A stretch of DNA of 64,000 nt. Source: Tubulanus polymorphus (taxonomy: Eukaryota > Animalia > Nemertea). The stretch covers positions 24,514,560 to 24,578,559 of the forward strand of contig NC_134027.1 in NCBI RefSeq assembly GCF_964204645.1, written 5' to 3'. Below the pieces are notes generated by a model. It was given only the letters and a program-made list of their open reading frames with translations. It had not been told where the DNA came from and made no database searches. The position numbers and the translations under genes were made by a program. Positions 45,864-59,300 of the stretch are shown here, piece by piece (positions within the stretch are counted from its first letter, which is position 1; each line of letters starts with the position of its first letter).

Positions 45864-48357
45864 AAGCAATAAAATGCAGGCAATGGATGCCTTCTCTTTT
45901 ACACTTTAAAATATTGATTTTGATAATTCCTACAGTCTACACACGAAAGATCGGTTAACAAACAACGGTGTCAGGAATTCTAGCATTCTGAAATTCCGGG
46001 AGCCGCCTCTAAAATGGGCCCTTTTCCTCTGCCCTCTGAAGCTGGAACCACCCCTGATAGAGCACATTTACATTCCCGATAAAAATCTTCTCCAAAAAGA
46101 ACAGTTTTAAGATGTTATTTGCATGATCTACTGTATACTATGGCCGCCTAAAATCAAAATAAAATGCTGACTAATAAATTAAATGAACTGTTATCACAAG
46201 TGAATCAACCAAACGCGATTGAAACATGATAAAGTAACAAAATAAATTCAACAAGAAACAATAACCAAGAAATTGAACCATGTTTATTTCGAAATATAAG
46301 AAAATGACTGCAAGGACATGAAGTCCACTCAAATATATCTGAAATCTGTTTATTTGGACAATTCTCTTCTCTTTTGCGATTCATCGCGAAATCTAACCTC
46401 GTTGCCATGCTACGAACGTATGACGTAGATTTCAATTGCAAATGTTCCTCTTTTTCCTTTGCCACAAAATATTTGCAACAAATATTCGCCATGCTTACTG
46501 TTTAGCACTATAGCCAAAATCAACGAGTCCATCTGTTTCAATACGTTCTGGTTCAACACAAATTAGTTTCAGTTTACCGAAGTTATCACCATCGTTGTAC
46601 AACTACATTTTGTTGTTTGAATTCGAATTGATTCGAAAATATTTGCGTCGAAAATATTTTGCTCGTTTTATTTCTTATGGCCAAGCAGCAAAATCTCGCT
46701 CAGATATACTAAGCTAAGAACGCGTGGTATAATGGGTTTTTTGGTTGTTTCTGGGTGACGTGACGAGTAGTCCAAGTAAAAACGTTTGTCAGATAATTTT
46801 GCAGAATATATCTATTTTAGTGAATTGTCTTTAATATAAACCAATACATCTACGTGTTTAATCTCTACTGAATGTCATCGATCAACCTGTGTGCTTTTAT
46901 TAATCTTGATTTGCCAATTTTTGGAAACTTTTAAGTCCTCCTAACGTGCCAACCCAGATACCACATATATCGTCCAAAGTTCTTTCTCCAATTAACTGAA
47001 ATATCTACATGCATAATTCACCTCAGTTGCAATTCTTTCCTGTAAACCAATGTTTTTTTTTCTTCAAAATGCACCTTTTTAATCTTTCATCGATTTTATA
47101 AGGTAATTCTTCGATTTGAAATATCATTTGTAGTAACTTTGAGGACGTTTTTTATTCGCTGCAAATTTTTACCAGATGCCAACGAGCTTATATCTACATC
47201 AAATTTCCGTCGCAATGACGTCATCGGAAATTACCGAATATCGAGGACTGAACCAACAGCGACCTCTATCGAACATTCCATCTCCCGCGTGCTTGAATTT
47301 AACCCCTTGATTTTCATCTCATTGTCTTGGGCTTACGTTATATTGCTAAGATGAACGGGATTTCGATGAAGTAGACTATTGGGCATTTCTTTTTTTTTAT
47401 AAATCTAGTAGATGGATTTCAAAATCTATTCCTGTTTACCCGGTTTAATTCTTGTTGCGCTAAAAGATTTCTAAATTGAAATGTAGAAGTTACAGCAGTC
47501 CGGTACATGTTTAACGATGCCATACTCGCTGGATCGGTATTCGGTGGCGAGGGGAAGGGGGGGGGTTTAAGGGTTTCGCTGACACCTGCCTACAGCGTGA
47601 ACCAAGGTCTCCATCAGGGCTATACAGACCTGAGATGATCTCTGCCACTAACCCGAACTACTAGATCCGCGGCTGTAATCTATGTTTCTAAAACTAACAC
47701 ATATATGTTCGTGAAATGTCGAATTATCAAACAAATTCTCGGAGTTAAAACTGCTAATAACGAAATACGTGTATTTACATCTCTAATATAGATGTTGGTT
47801 TTACGTTATATTGCAAAATATACAATTTGCAATATTTTCGCATCCATTTACAACGAATCAAAGTGAAATATTTAAATTCAAAGTCTTTCATTATATATTC
47901 ATGCAGTTTAATACTGACACAGTAAACATAGTGTGGTAAAATGGTTGACACGTCATTTGATCAACTCTTCGCCGAAAAGATACAAAACCTGATTGAATTT
48001 GATAATTACGTTCACTGGATATTTTGGCAAATATGTTCACAATAGAATATACAAACTGTATGTACAGAGATTGCTGTTCGCAGCTCATGGGATGTTCAAT
48101 AATACCATAGAACCAGTACCGCATCGACAACACCACAACTCGATGATCGCGCAATAGAACAAATCAAACTGTCTGTTCGGAGACTAAAATCGGGCGCGCG
48201 GAAACGTGCACAAACACGAAACAAATATAATTTGAAGTATCGCAACGATTCGATACGATTAGTGGAGCGATTTTGTGTAATTTTCAAGTATCTTCGAGTT
48301 TTCTGTTTGAAACGTGTTTTCCGTCTGCTCTGTGCGTCCGGTTTTACAGTTTATGAG

Positions 48358-49440
48358 ATGTTTGATAACAACATTACTAGTACAAGTGCTGCATTGACAA
48401 CAACTGAATTCAACTGGTGTTCGCACGTTAAAAGACATCTACCAATTCAATGGATTAACAAATTCGCTGTATTTACATATATATGCTTGTTCCTACCGGC
48501 GTCAGTGTTGGGTTTGATATTCAACACTTTCACGCTGTTAGTGCTACAACGATTTAAATCTGATAATTATTTTATGATCAAAATTCTCGCTGTTAACGAT
48601 ATTTTATTTATGATCGCTACATTCATTATGTATCCGCTGAGAACTGCGTACGTTTACGCCGTTTTAGGGGATATGGTGTTTCGGGTGAATGATTGGGTGT
48701 TTGGTAAGATGTTTATCGCAGTCGCCATGCCGTTTTTCTACATATTTCAAATGACTCGTAACTGGTGCACTGTACTGCTCAGTCTAGAGCGGTTAATCGT
48801 CGTTATGTTTCCAATAAGATCTCGAAAAATTCCGAAGAAATTAATATCACAATGTGCGATGATGTTTATATCACTTTTGGGTTTTAGCGGCCATTTTATT
48901 CGCTTCATACCCGACTATGTAATTGGACACATGGGTTGTCCTGTTGAGTGGCCATATGTTACGACAGACGTTGCCTATTATCACTACCCCACATGGTTTG
49001 ATCGATTCAGGTGGCGTTACGTGATTTCCGATCGCTATCTGTTCATGTATCTTACTGTCATGATCCCAATTTGCTTTTTAGTTGTTATCAATGTTATACT
49101 TATTCTGTTGCTATTTTACCGTCGGGTTACTCGACGTACAGAGCTCGGTGTAACTGATGAGTCGTCTAGAAGGGAAGTGAAGGTTTTACGGATGGTTTCA
49201 TCAGTAGTTTTCGTTTTTATTGTTTGTGAAGGTTTTGGTTTTATCGACCGTCTAATGAGATTAGATTATATCCCATATTTGAACACTATGAGCCTGATAG
49301 CGTTAGGATTTTCTATCCTCGATTCGTCAGTTAATTTCATTGTGTATTGCGTAACAAATGATCAATTCAAAAAAGTAGCCATTGATATTCTAAACAATGT
49401 TTGCCGAAAACAACGGACTTCGAGAAAACAAAAACGATAA
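48358..49440 (+). CDS. FMRFamide-receptor-like GPCR, copy 5 (360 aa)
   Basis: Intact ORF with the same TM motifs. Confidence 0.92.
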   Translation: MFDNNITSTSAALTTTEFNWCSHVKRHLPIQWINKFAVFTYICLFLPASVLGLIFNTFTLLVLQRFKSDNYFMIKILAVNDILFMIATFIMYPLRTAYVYAVLGDMVFRVNDWVFGKMFIAVAMPFFYIFQMTRNWCTVLLSLERLIVVMFPIRSRKIPKKLISQCAMMFISLLGFSGHFIRFIPDYVIGHMGCPVEWPYVTTDVAYYHYPTWFDRFRWRYVISDRYLFMYLTVMIPICFLVVINVILILLLFYRRVTRRTELGVTDESSRREVKVLRMVSSVVFVFIVCEGFGFIDRLMRLDYIPYLNTMSLIALGFSILDSSVNFIVYCVTNDQFKKVAIDILNNVCRKQRTSRKQKR

Positions 49441-49554
49441 AATGCATTTGAATACACGTATAACTTGTACTTATATAGAATATGTGGCAATCATACGATT
49501 GCTTGCCTTCATAGATTTATTAAAAAAATCTCCTCAATTCAGCATTCAGAATAC

Positions 49555-49827
49555 CAGGGGCGGATCCAGGGGCATGTTGTGACCATGTCGACCAATAAAA
49601 AGGGCTTATATTCTTAATTTAGGGTGGAAAGGCATATCAGCAAAATTTTTGAAATTTTACTATCATTTTAGAGCTTTCTGAGCATCTCTGAGAGACATTT
49701 AGTCAAGAAACATAGGTTATATATTTAGGAAAAATATCTATTGTGTATCTCGGGTGGTTACAACGGCAAATTTTGATACAGAGTAAAAATAAAAATGCAC
49801 GGTCGACACGGTCTAAATCCGCCCCTG
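49555..49827. mobile_element. CAGGGGCGGAT-TIR MITE
   Basis: caggggcggatccag ... ctaaatccgcccctg; inverted homolog at 9527-9794. Confidence 0.75.
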
Positions 49828-50254
49828 ATAACAGGAATTTAATTATTTTCAAATGATTCATTTATCATAGGTAAAAACTGCATTCTACTCACTGTCGACA
49901 CAGAACAGCTTAACCACGTACTGATAACGTGACGTTTCTATGTGTAGATGCTAAACCGGGTTGTACAAGAATAATCCACTGGTCACGAATTAGTGGTCAC
50001 TGGAACGACGTGTGAACTATCGGGGACTGATCACCTCAAATTATGGAACTACCGTCACCAATTCCACCTTACTTACATATACTATTTCATCTAACATTAA
50101 ATTTGTGGCCCTTGTTATATATAAACCTGTTGTTGAAGGAATATTCAGTTTACTAAATCAAAACCATCAAATATAGATGTTTACTAGTTGTGTTATCAGT
50201 GATAAAGGTTGCTGAGGTGCCGAATGTTTTACCGTCCAGGACGGTTTCCTTTTA

Positions 50255-50850
50255 AACGCAAATGGAAAATACCAATCACGATATAGTATCATCTCATATC
50301 ATACGTAACAAATTATCTTTTTATTATACGATTAAACAGTCCTACCAACTAGAAAACTACTTATTGGTTGTAAAGAATTTTAATATTAGGAGTGCAATTG
50401 CCAAACTACGTAGCTCATCCCATCGACTGATGATAGAAAAAGGCAGACACCTGGGATTGAGTAGAGAAAACAGACTTTGTGATATATGTAACTGTGTGGA
50501 AGACGAGCAGCACTTCGTCTTATCGTGTAGCAAATTCGACAGGACTCAGGACGAAATTTGATTTGGAAATTGGATATGCAAATGATATAAATAGAATTTT
50601 TAATGATATAGGTAGTCAATCAGAATTGGTAAATTGGGGGAAGTATATCCAATCGGGATTTGAATATTATATTTAATTTTAGGCTTGACTTATATTGTAC
50701 AGTACGCTATGTCCTATGCACTCTTTCTTGTAAATATTTTTGTAATCCTAGTATTGTATATATGTATTATATTGTTTTCTTCTAATCCGCTGTTCATTGA
50801 CGATCATGTCATGTGATTATAATGAATAAACAAACTTGAAACTTGAAACT
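50255..50850 (+). mobile_element. 5'-truncated non-LTR retrotransposon (ORF2 C-terminal Cys/His region, 3' UTR and tandem tail)
   Basis: RSAIAKLRSSSHRLMIEKGR...RLCDICNCVEDEQHFVLSC; frameshift near 50540; ends aataaacaa(acttgaa)n. Confidence 0.85.
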
Positions 50851-51463
50851 ACGTTACATCTAATGTTACATTATCATAATCTCAAATCTATGTTACATCA
50901 TACGTTACATATGTTCTATCTAAATTAAACGTTTAACGATTCTGGATTTATTTGCCACGTGGATTTCAATTGCACCCGTTCATTGAATTCATCGAACAGC
51001 TCTAATTTTCATGTTAGAATATAATTGTATTTTGGTCAAATTCTTTTGATTTTTTGATTTTACGACCCGTCAAATGCGCAAAAATATCATTGACTGACCC
51101 AAATAAATTATGTTCTTTTTTGAATGGAACATTCATTTTTGCCAGTCTTTGGGCTGCGGCTTTTGAAAATAACGGTATTGCTCTTAACACTGATAGCGTT
51201 CTACTTTTTCTTTTTTGAGTTAAATTGAGTTGAGTTGAGTTGACCGATTTTGTGTCATTAATTTCAAACAGGATTTTTGCAATGAAAGGTCTAAGAAATT
51301 ATCACAATTTATTCATACTACGTCGATGAAATCAGAGAACTGCTTTTTGTGGAATTGGGTAAAAGTTCGGAAAATAACGCGTTTGTTTAGGGAAAATATG
51401 CATTGAAAGAATTGGGGAAAATGTTTGAATAGAGTTAAGAAAATATAGGAAATTGAACGGGTC

Positions 51464-52588
51464 TTAACATTTCAGACGAATCAAAGATTTGACGACAATT
51501 TGTTTAGCGGCGAGTCTGAATTTATTATTAGTAAAACAATAAACTACGAAGTTTAAACACGAATCGACGACCGTCAAAGCAATGGCTATTTTTCGGTATG
51601 CCTGTGATGATTCGGTCTTACTCAAACCCGGAATAGGAAGCAGGATGGATCCAAACCTGAGGTGAAGTTGTTCCATTGTAATTAAAGATTCGCAAATAAT
51701 GTAAATAGCGATTACAGCAAACGTCATTCGTAAAACTCTCATTTCTACATTTCTACTGCTGGTGGCGGTGGCGGCGCTCTTATTCAATTCCTTACCGCGC
51801 AGTAGTTTAGTGATTATTAAACTGACAATCAAAATGAGATTTATAAACACCAGTGAACATATGGGCACAACTACTCTGGATATTGTACCTTGCCAACCAG
51901 TCGAATAATAATCCCACCTATTCATTAGCCCTCTTACGGTTTGTATGGAGTAGCGATAGGACAAGCGTGGACCCCGCACTAGTGTCACTCCTGGATCCCC
52001 ATCAATGCAAGCGATTGATCGAAGCTCACGTTTGGGTAAAAACAACGGGAAAAAGCAAAGAAAACCGTAGATTGTGATGAAAAAAATGAGAACATTCACC
52101 ACTTTTCGAGTCCAGAACATTCGTGATTTTAACGGGAAAAGTGTAATGACTAGTCTTTCTAAACCAATAAGAATAACGCACCAGTTTCGAATTTGCTGAA
52201 ACATGTAATATGGTCCTATAATCACTTGTATAAATCCCCAACCGTAATTCCAGTCATCCGCATAAAATAGAACTTTACCTAAATGTATATAGAGGTGAAT
52301 AGCTCGTAGAGGGTACATGATGAATACACTTGTACAGTAAGATACGTCAAAGATAGCTAAAACCTTTATCAAATAATAAACTTCATTTTTCATCCTCTTC
52401 AATACGATAATTGTGAAAACGTTTAAAGCGATGCCGAGTATCGTGACGGGTCCATAACAGAAAATATACATGTAAACGCTAAATTTAAGTTCCCAGCGAT
52501 ATGGTCTAGTATTCACTAGTCGTTCACACCATCCAGACCAGGTTTTTACTGTCGGTTTTAAAGTCGTCGAAATATTGTTTGCATCCAT
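51464..52588 (-). CDS. FMRFamide-receptor-like GPCR, divergent copy 6 (374 aa)
   Basis: GIALN, LAIFD, MYPLR, DWNYG, QQIRNWC, GLERLVITLFP, ICE, DSCLNFVVYC..NKFR. Confidence 0.9.
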   Translation of the reverse strand: MDANNISTTLKPTVKTWSGWCERLVNTRPYRWELKFSVYMYIFCYGPVTILGIALNVFTIIVLKRMKNEVYYLIKVLAIFDVSYCTSVFIMYPLRAIHLYIHLGKVLFYADDWNYGWGFIQVIIGPYYMFQQIRNWCVILIGLERLVITLFPLKSRMFWTRKVVNVLIFFITIYGFLCFFPLFLPKRELRSIACIDGDPGVTLVRGPRLSYRYSIQTVRGLMNRWDYYSTGWQGTISRVVVPICSLVFINLILIVSLIITKLLRGKELNKSAATATSSRNVEMRVLRMTFAVIAIYIICESLITMEQLHLRFGSILLPIPGLSKTESSQAYRKIAIALTVVDSCLNFVVYCFTNNKFRLAAKQIVVKSLIRLKC

Positions 52589-53441
52589 ATTTTATCGTCT
52601 GATGATCGGAATATTTCTCGAGTCAGTGACGTTTGTATCAGACACGCATGTGTTCCGTATAGTTCCCACTCAGCTGCATCATAGTAAATTCCTCCTAGCT
52701 CTGGTGATCCTCTGCGTGATGATATAGTCTTCAACATTCCAAAACTATCATTGAAATTTAGAAATATCCATATTTCTAAATTATAGCCTTACAGTTGAAG
52801 CACCAGAATGATTACTACTCTGCTACTCCAGTATCGGGCGCGTCACCAGTGAAGCTAAAATATGGTGGAGCCAACCCCGAGGCGATAATGTATGATCGTA
52901 TATGTATAAACTATATCTTTGGAATAAGACGTTTCGCCTAACATTGATGACGCAATTCACCTCATCAGCAGCTATCGCCAGACGTATTTTGTTACTATAG
53001 TTTACAGTTACCTGAAGTTTCTAATGTTCAAATCCGGTCAATCGTCCTCGACCGACCGGATGACCGTATTTGCCGTTTCAATTTTGTGTATAGAAACTTC
53101 TGCGAGCTCTGCCAGTTCGTTAGAACCCGGTTCTATTTCATGTAGAAATTGAGCGTATGAACGACCCCTTCTGTGAAAAAAGCCTAACTCTAGCAATGAA
53201 CCAACCATTCTAGTTAAACCGAAAAAGATGTTATTTGAAGGAGGGCATTTGACTAGTCGGCTCCTACTACTCCTTGGAATGAAGCAACACGAAAGAGTCT
53301 CCATATGTCTTGCACCTTTCGGGGCTATAGCGCACTATACGGCATTGTAGTGCGTGTGTAGAGTTACACTGCGTTCTTCGGTCAGTGTAAGAAGGCATTC
53401 ATGACCGTTGACAGTTGAAGGGAAGATTTTCTTTACGTTGT

Positions 53442-53815
53442 AAAAACCGTTAATAATGTTTATATACATTGATACCTATAGCATGCGTTTGGTCCTGTTT
53501 GGATGTGCACTTCGTCATCAATTTGCGTTTTCAAAATAACAATTACAATCATGAATTGTGTCCTTTATTTTGTAATCAAATATATTTCGCAACCCTTATT
53601 TTAAGTTTTGATGTTTCTTTTGAGAGGATGTGCACTACGTCATCAATATATCAGGGCTAGACTGGTTGGCGGTCGACTCAATCAAATTATCGATATATTG
53701 AAATCAACATTTTATTGATCCTTAATATTATAAAATTTGAATTATGATAATTTATTCATTGGCGACAATATTAAGCGAACGATATACATGTTGTTTTTCA
53801 AGGCGTCAATAAACT
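53442..53815. mobile_element. Interspersed repeat family; also at 22037-22250 and, inverted, at 57205-57890
   Basis: Shared gatgtgcactacgtcatcaat, gggctagactgg and tttcaaggcgtc motifs. Confidence 0.65.
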
Positions 53816-54061
53816 TTCTAGTTAGTTTTCTTGTTACTTACATTCGTAAACCTCATCTTTGTAGAGACAGCGAAAATAATTATCAAATTCAATCAGATAT
53901 TGTATCTTTCGCGTAGATTTGATCAAATAGAATTTTAAATTACCATTCACATTCGCCACACAATGTTTTCCGTTTCATTATTCGGATGTCGGTAAAAATG
54001 CCCCATTGGTAAAAATCTCTCGTGGTAATGATAGTAAAAGGTGTGGAGTTCATTTGAAGTT

Positions 54062-54166
54062 GTTCATTCGGCTAATACTACTCTTTGGAATGAATTACCT
54101 CCTAATACAAGACAGGCTCCATCGGTCGCAGCTTTCAAAACTACATGCCTAGCCGATCAAGTTTAG
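54062..54166 (+). mobile_element. CR1/L2-type LINE ORF2 C-terminal fragment
   Basis: Translates as TLWNELPPNTRQAPSVAAFK, the WNxLP...FK terminal motif. Confidence 0.6.
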
Positions 54167-56054
54167 GTCTAACTATCTATCCAATCGTTCGGATTATTTA
54201 GCTCAAATCTTGCATCGTATCAGGAATACGCGCAAATGGCTCAAAACGTCCGTGGTCAAGTTGTACGTATTGAAATAGAAAATGAACAGTCGGAGTTCCG
54301 CATGATTTGGAGGGGTTTGAATATCTAGAAAATCCTTCAAAAAACCGATCATTTTCTGTGCGTTTACGGATTCTAAAACATAATGACCAGCAATAATTGT
54401 GAAAATGTGACCCTGGCAGAAATACTCCGCATGTGATGAGTTTATGATTTAATATGTTGTTTTGACTTCGGAGAACTTATCAGTACTACACGAAGTAAAG
54501 TATGGGAACCAATGCGAAAGGAACGGACAAGCCATTTCCGCACAGTAGCGAGTGGACGATTTATTTTATTTTCATTCTAAATCGAGAGATAACTGGTATC
54601 TTTTGCGAGACGGTGGTTTCTCTCCTGATAGATAGACGTGCGTTCTACGCGTTTGCTGCTGAAGTCTGTTATTTTCGCTCTAAAAGTACGCGCAAGAGGT
54701 TCGCGTGGATATCATGTAAACATTGTACGGTTTTGATAAAGACTATTCAAGTGACGCTCGTTGCTGAGCCGTTCTTATGATTTATCGTCCAATCACGAGA
54801 GCGTCCTTGTATTTATTTGACGCATTTATATCAGAAGTATTACGAGCGGATAGACGGTTGTACATTATTGCATTCAGCTTCTTTCGTGGAACTATCGAAC
54901 AAGACGAGATCGTCTGCAATAGAGGACGGCTCCGATCATACATATCTTAGTATACGAAATGGAATTTTCGGTGTGGTATTATCATTACCTGGCTTAGAAC
55001 TTGCTTTGGAGAAATCATTTGACAAATTTAACTAACTGGAATGCTGTATCCTGCTGCACCGGAGCCGCCGCCATCTTATGATAATTTCTCCAGAAACTGG
55101 TGCAAATCATATTCAATCGGACGAGTTTTACTTTTCAATGGATTGATATTCTTAGAACTTTATATGTTGAAGATATCGACGGAGTGAAATGCTGTATTAC
55201 TGTGCGCTGGAATCGTCGTGACCTTAATCAAAGTTCTCTAGAAACTGGTTCAAATGTTAGGTACATGACATTTAAATCACACATCAAGTATCGACCCTTT
55301 TAATGAATTATCGCTCTTCAATGAAAATCTGATTGTCGTGATATAAGATGGCGTGTATTTTTTTGTGACAGAACCGCGGATGAACAGGCGGTGTTGTTGT
55401 GATTTCAACGGAACGGATTCGCACTAAAAAAAAAATTACCGAGTGTTTTGTGCGGATGATGATATTTCCTTGTTTTCCGACGAAAGAATGTTGTTTTATG
55501 GTTGATGCCATAGGATTCACAAGTTATCTGTGTTGTGCAATCGACCACTCTGGATACTGGAGTTTTTCTTATCTACGGGGTTACTAAATTACGTATAGCA
55601 GACTTCTGAAAGTCTGTGGTTACATAGAAAACTACTGCTTTCAACTGCGTGCAAAGAGTGAAAAGGATTTTCATTGTAAGATATCGTTACTTAGTTCTTT
55701 TAGCTCATTTGTGAGTTGTGATTTGCGACCCATTAGCTCTGGGTTGCATTTGAACTGGAGTAAAGGTGACGCAGTAGATCACTTACATGCAGTTTATTTA
55801 ATTCGTCTCGGAATTTAATTGAAATATGGACAGAAATTCGGATGAAATTCGTGAATTTACTCGCGCACTGATGTTGATTCAGTTATACGCCACTCTAAAC
55901 GAGGCGGAAGTCGACGAGCGCATGCGCAGGAAGCATCTTCAAACGTTGTTGACTCTCATGACTTTGATGCAAGTTCAAAGTGAAAAACTGCCTCGTGGTA
56001 AAACGGAATAACAAACAAAATGTTGATCTGGTTAAATTGTGGCAATCTATAATC

Positions 56055-56320
56055 TGCTAGTGGCGTTAGTGGGAAGTCAGTCTTCCGCGCATAATGGAGA
56101 TACTACTGTGGCAGGCGAGGATCCGCTGGAGGCGTAAGTGTGGCGCCAGTTCTTCGTGCATTATGAATGCCTACTCTGGCTAGCGGGGATCCGCTAGGTG
56201 CGCCACTGCAAAGTCAGTTTTTGCACGTGTTAATGGAGATACAGGCAATGCTACTGCGGCAATGGGAAATCCGCTAGAAGTGCTAGTGTTAACTCAGTCT
56301 TAGATGCGTAATGGGATCGG
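56055..56320. repeat. Degenerate ~70-bp tandem repeat, about 4 copies
   Basis: Recurrent atccgctag / cagt(c/t)tt / taatggaga / ctactg blocks. Confidence 0.6.
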
Positions 56321-59300
56321 CTTAGCTGATTTTACAATGTCCTTGTTGGCCAAAAATAAAAACTGAATGAAAAAATACAATTTGGATGTGACTAGCCTAC
56401 CGATGGAAAAAGGGTGCTTGGATCTCTATGGGACATAGCCTCTATTTGGCTTTCCAAGCATCCAGCCATGTATGCATATAGCTATATGTATATTTTGCCT
56501 TGTTTGTAATACGTATTATTTACACTGCATATATTTATATATGGCGAATAAACATTATTACATCATTATCAAAAATGTCGGTTACATCGACATTAATTGT
56601 CGTTCTGCGAGTCCATCGCAGCCGATCTTTATCATTTTTTGCCTTCTCTACATTTTCCTTCAAAAATATCATATTTGTAATTTAAGAATACATGACTAAA
56701 ATTCAACTCGTACAACGCGTTATGTTGCCTCGCTGGAGCATTCCCTATCGAATATTAGGACTTCTGCGGCGAGCTCGTATGCAAAACTTTCTTTTCCTTG
56801 CAATGTTTTCTGCGGTCACCGAGCTGCGAGTGGAGCGTACGGTACTCATAAGAGCTCTGTCTCAGTCGACCACTGCTGTTTATTCGCGATCACGAAATGA
56901 AAAGATTTGATTAATTTTTCTTGTCAAAAACCGACGTCTAACGCGTCACTTTTCATATCACCGGCGATATTTGACATGGATTTCCATTTGCGACTAGTCT
57001 TATGAAGAAAGCGTCACACTATCAAATATCAGAATTGGTCAATATCCGAATATTATTTTTCCAAAGGTGCGGTGCCAGCCGGTTCGTTCAATGACATGCA
57101 TTTGCAAATTCAGGTTTGGTCACAAATTGATCGATTCAGATTCACGTCTCAACGTCCCTTCTTTCAACACCTTGTAAATAGACATAAACACGAAGACTAA
57201 CTTAAGTGTTTATCGACGCCTTGAAAAATAAAATATACATATTGAATGAATGATTTATTTACTTATAGTATGAACAAGATTATAAACATAATTTTTGCTG
57301 AATATTTATTTATTTATTTATATATTTCGTCAAAGTAATTATAATACATGTATGACAATCTTTCATTGATTTTACAGCTGGCGTTCTATCTCAAAATATA
57401 CATACATACCTTTTACATTAAAGTAGCCATAAGAAGCAATTTACGTCCCTTAAACATCTGTCGGGGAAATTTTCCAATACGCTTTAAGAGATTGTTGGAT
57501 GTTGTGTTCATGAAATCTATGAATTTATAAATGCTCGGATTATTCCAATAGTAATATTGTAATATTGTTGACATAATATCAAGGTTCAATACAGTGAATC
57601 GAATTGATCGGCGACCAGTCTAGCCCCAATATTGATGTGTATGTTGTGCACGTAGTGCATGCACATAGATTTACACAATAATCTTATTCTAAAAATTTTA
57701 AAAATGCATCAATATTTATTGAATAGAAGATAAGGGTTTTGAAATTAGATAAATCACGAAATAAACACCAATTTTCACAATCGTCACTGTTACATATTTG
57801 GAAACGCCAATATTGATGACGTAGTGCACATCGAATCAAACGCTACCCCTTAAGTAACACATTGTAGTTATCAATATATAAAACATCATTCCTGCCTCAA
57901 ATTAACACCTTATTAAGAATTTCGTTTATCTAGTAAGGTCGTATTTCATACAGGTGTGAACGTTGTTTTTTGTCAGCTATTTCCATGCGAGATGTGAAGA
58001 TGGATGTCTCTAAAATCTTGAAGATTCAAGTCATTTTTCCACTCACCATAACGGCTAATGAATTTTGGAGTTAGGTAATACTAACGACAAACCGTGATAT
58101 TTTCCGTCGACGACATACCATTGCTACATCTATCTCGAAGTATCCCGTTTACCGTGTGCATCGAACACGACGATGTCATGTTGAACGCTTCAATTGCAGG
58201 TTGCTTGCGTCGATAGATGGCATATAATCCAACCATGTCTTTATCGCACAGATTCCAACCCGTAGTAGTTGGTAGTCGGAGTAACGGTTGGAGAACTGAT
58301 TCAGATATAGCAATGGGATGAAGATTCCTTCCGCTTCAGGGAAAATTAAAACTGAAATTTTCTGAAAAAATCTCTACACTTTATTGCGGAATTGGAAATC
58401 GACGCAACTCTTGATGACTTCGATATTTGCAAACATCGATCGAATAACCAAACGCGTGTTTTTTCTGGCACTTATACGTTGTATTTTACCGGGTAATTTT
58501 TTGCATGAGCGCCTTTCAAAACAAAAGAGAGAATCCGTACAAGATATCAGTTCGGAAACTTTGAACGAACGCAGCGACACGGAAACATTCAGACCTGAAC
58601 TGGAAAAACGAGGAAGAAAATGATGAGTTAAGATGTGAGGAGAATATGGTACAGATAGAAAACAGGGTGTTGCGTTCTCGCAGGAAGAAGGTGAGATGAT
58701 GGGGGGTCATAGGTGGATGTTGCAGGGATGTACTTAGATAAATCGAAAATGGGGTCCAAAAGATAAGGAAGGTCATTTATGGGATGAAACAGACGCGGCC
58801 AAGGCCAAATCTTCTGAAAGAAATTACATTCGAAAAAGAGTGCCAAATCGGCAGGTTTATACAAAAAGGGCAAAATCAGTGGGGTGGCAGGGCATGGACC
58901 CCGAAATTCCCTTAGATCAACCTCTCAGCGCGAAGCACGAAGGAAGGCGTTGATAGAAGGTCAGGAACGAACTATGTTAGGTCGAGAAGACACATAATTT
59001 GCGTGCGATCTTTATAGTTACAATATCCATCAATAAATCCAGAAATTAGAGAATGAATTATCATTGAACAACATTTGGGATATGGCTGATGACGTTGCTC
59101 GATACGATATATTCATTTAGTTCAGGATTCGTCTTTTTCCGGACTTATCGTGGAATTTGCTACATAAGAGCGATTTCGTGCTACTGCAAATGCGCTAGGT
59201 AAGCGGAGCGAGGAACCGGCGATGCATAGGCGGCAGCTGGGTAACCATTTAACGACAGGAATGATATAGGCTATAGGAGAAAAGGCACGACACCGACAGA

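Noticed and set aside
53038-53304. 88-aa minus ORF upstream of GPCR copy 6 (also ORFs 55826-56011 and 58384-58623)
   Set aside because: No recognisable homology or consistent exon structure; cannot be supported without a database search
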